NCBI RefSeq assembly: GCF_006345805.1
Contig: NC_043001.1
Location: 77,128,001-77,192,000, forward strand
Source: Octopus sinensis
Taxonomy: Eukaryota
Direction: 5' to 3'
Length of the DNA stretch: 64,000 nt
The translations under genes were made by a program, and so were the position numbers. Shown here piece by piece: positions 63,833 to 64,000 of this stretch. The notes under the pieces are model-generated. The model did no database searches and had not been told where the DNA came from. It saw only the letters and a list, made by a program, of their open reading frames with translations. Within the stretch, counting starts at the first letter, position 1, and the number at the start of each line of letters is the position of its first letter.

Positions 63833-63925
63833 ATGTTTCGTCTGCTGCTCGGTCCTATTCTGAAGCCTTGGTGAAGATAGGTCAAACTGCTATAAATAGA
63901 TCTACAGGACCCACACAAAATATTG
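63833..63925 (+). CDS. BAIAP2: Next coding exon of the same I-BAR gene ((N)VSSAARSYSEALVKIGQTAINRSTGPTQNI(G))
   Basis: Acceptor ttcttttctctttgacag, donor gtatag, 93 nt, phase 1 to phase 1, splices in frame to 50456-50531. Aligns to IRSp53 GVTYAAKGYFDALVKMGELASESQGSKELG with a 2-aa insertion. Confidence 0.9.
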
Positions 63926-63976
63926 GTATAGTAAATTTTATTGGTTGCATTCTTGTATTCTTTTATTGGTTTAATC

Positions 63977-64000
63977 CAGTGTTTTTCAACCATTTTTTTT
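63977..64000. mobile_element. Start of a hAT-type MITE
   Basis: GTTTAATC (nnnTAnnn) followed by CAGTGTTTTTCAACC; the element runs off the window. Confidence 0.4.

Overview
Eukaryotic, AT-rich, microsatellite- and SINE-dense DNA. From the SINE and LINE families present I infer an octopus (coleoid cephalopod) genome; this is recognition from memory, not a database search. The only host coding sequence I can support is two + strand exons (50456-50531 and 63833-63925) of an IRSp53/BAIAP2-family I-BAR (IMD) gene, joined by a 13.3 kb intron. I could not locate the first coding exon with confidence, so 1-50455 is either a very long intron or upstream DNA. Nearly all ORFs in the supplied track are microsatellite or repeat artefacts. 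The rest is transposon debris: tRNA-derived SINEs (CORE-type and Meta-type), RTE and R4/Dong-type LINE fragments, Penelope-like elements (PLE), Tc1, hAT, piggyBac-type MITEs and a Helentron-like element. I see no new multi-gene system. The best leads are: (1) a foldback element with a type-I hammerhead-ribozyme-like motif in each arm, one on the gene's sense strand, plus other PLE-type minimal hammerheads; (2) a 777-bp templated insertion with a 14-bp target-site duplication, copied from a nearby LINE 3' end and its flank, whose source later grew a 6 x 228-bp array; (3) a candidate in-frame 18-nt microexon; (4) stutter signatures at retroelement 5' ends. Coordinates were counted by hand, and most repeat boundaries are approximate.
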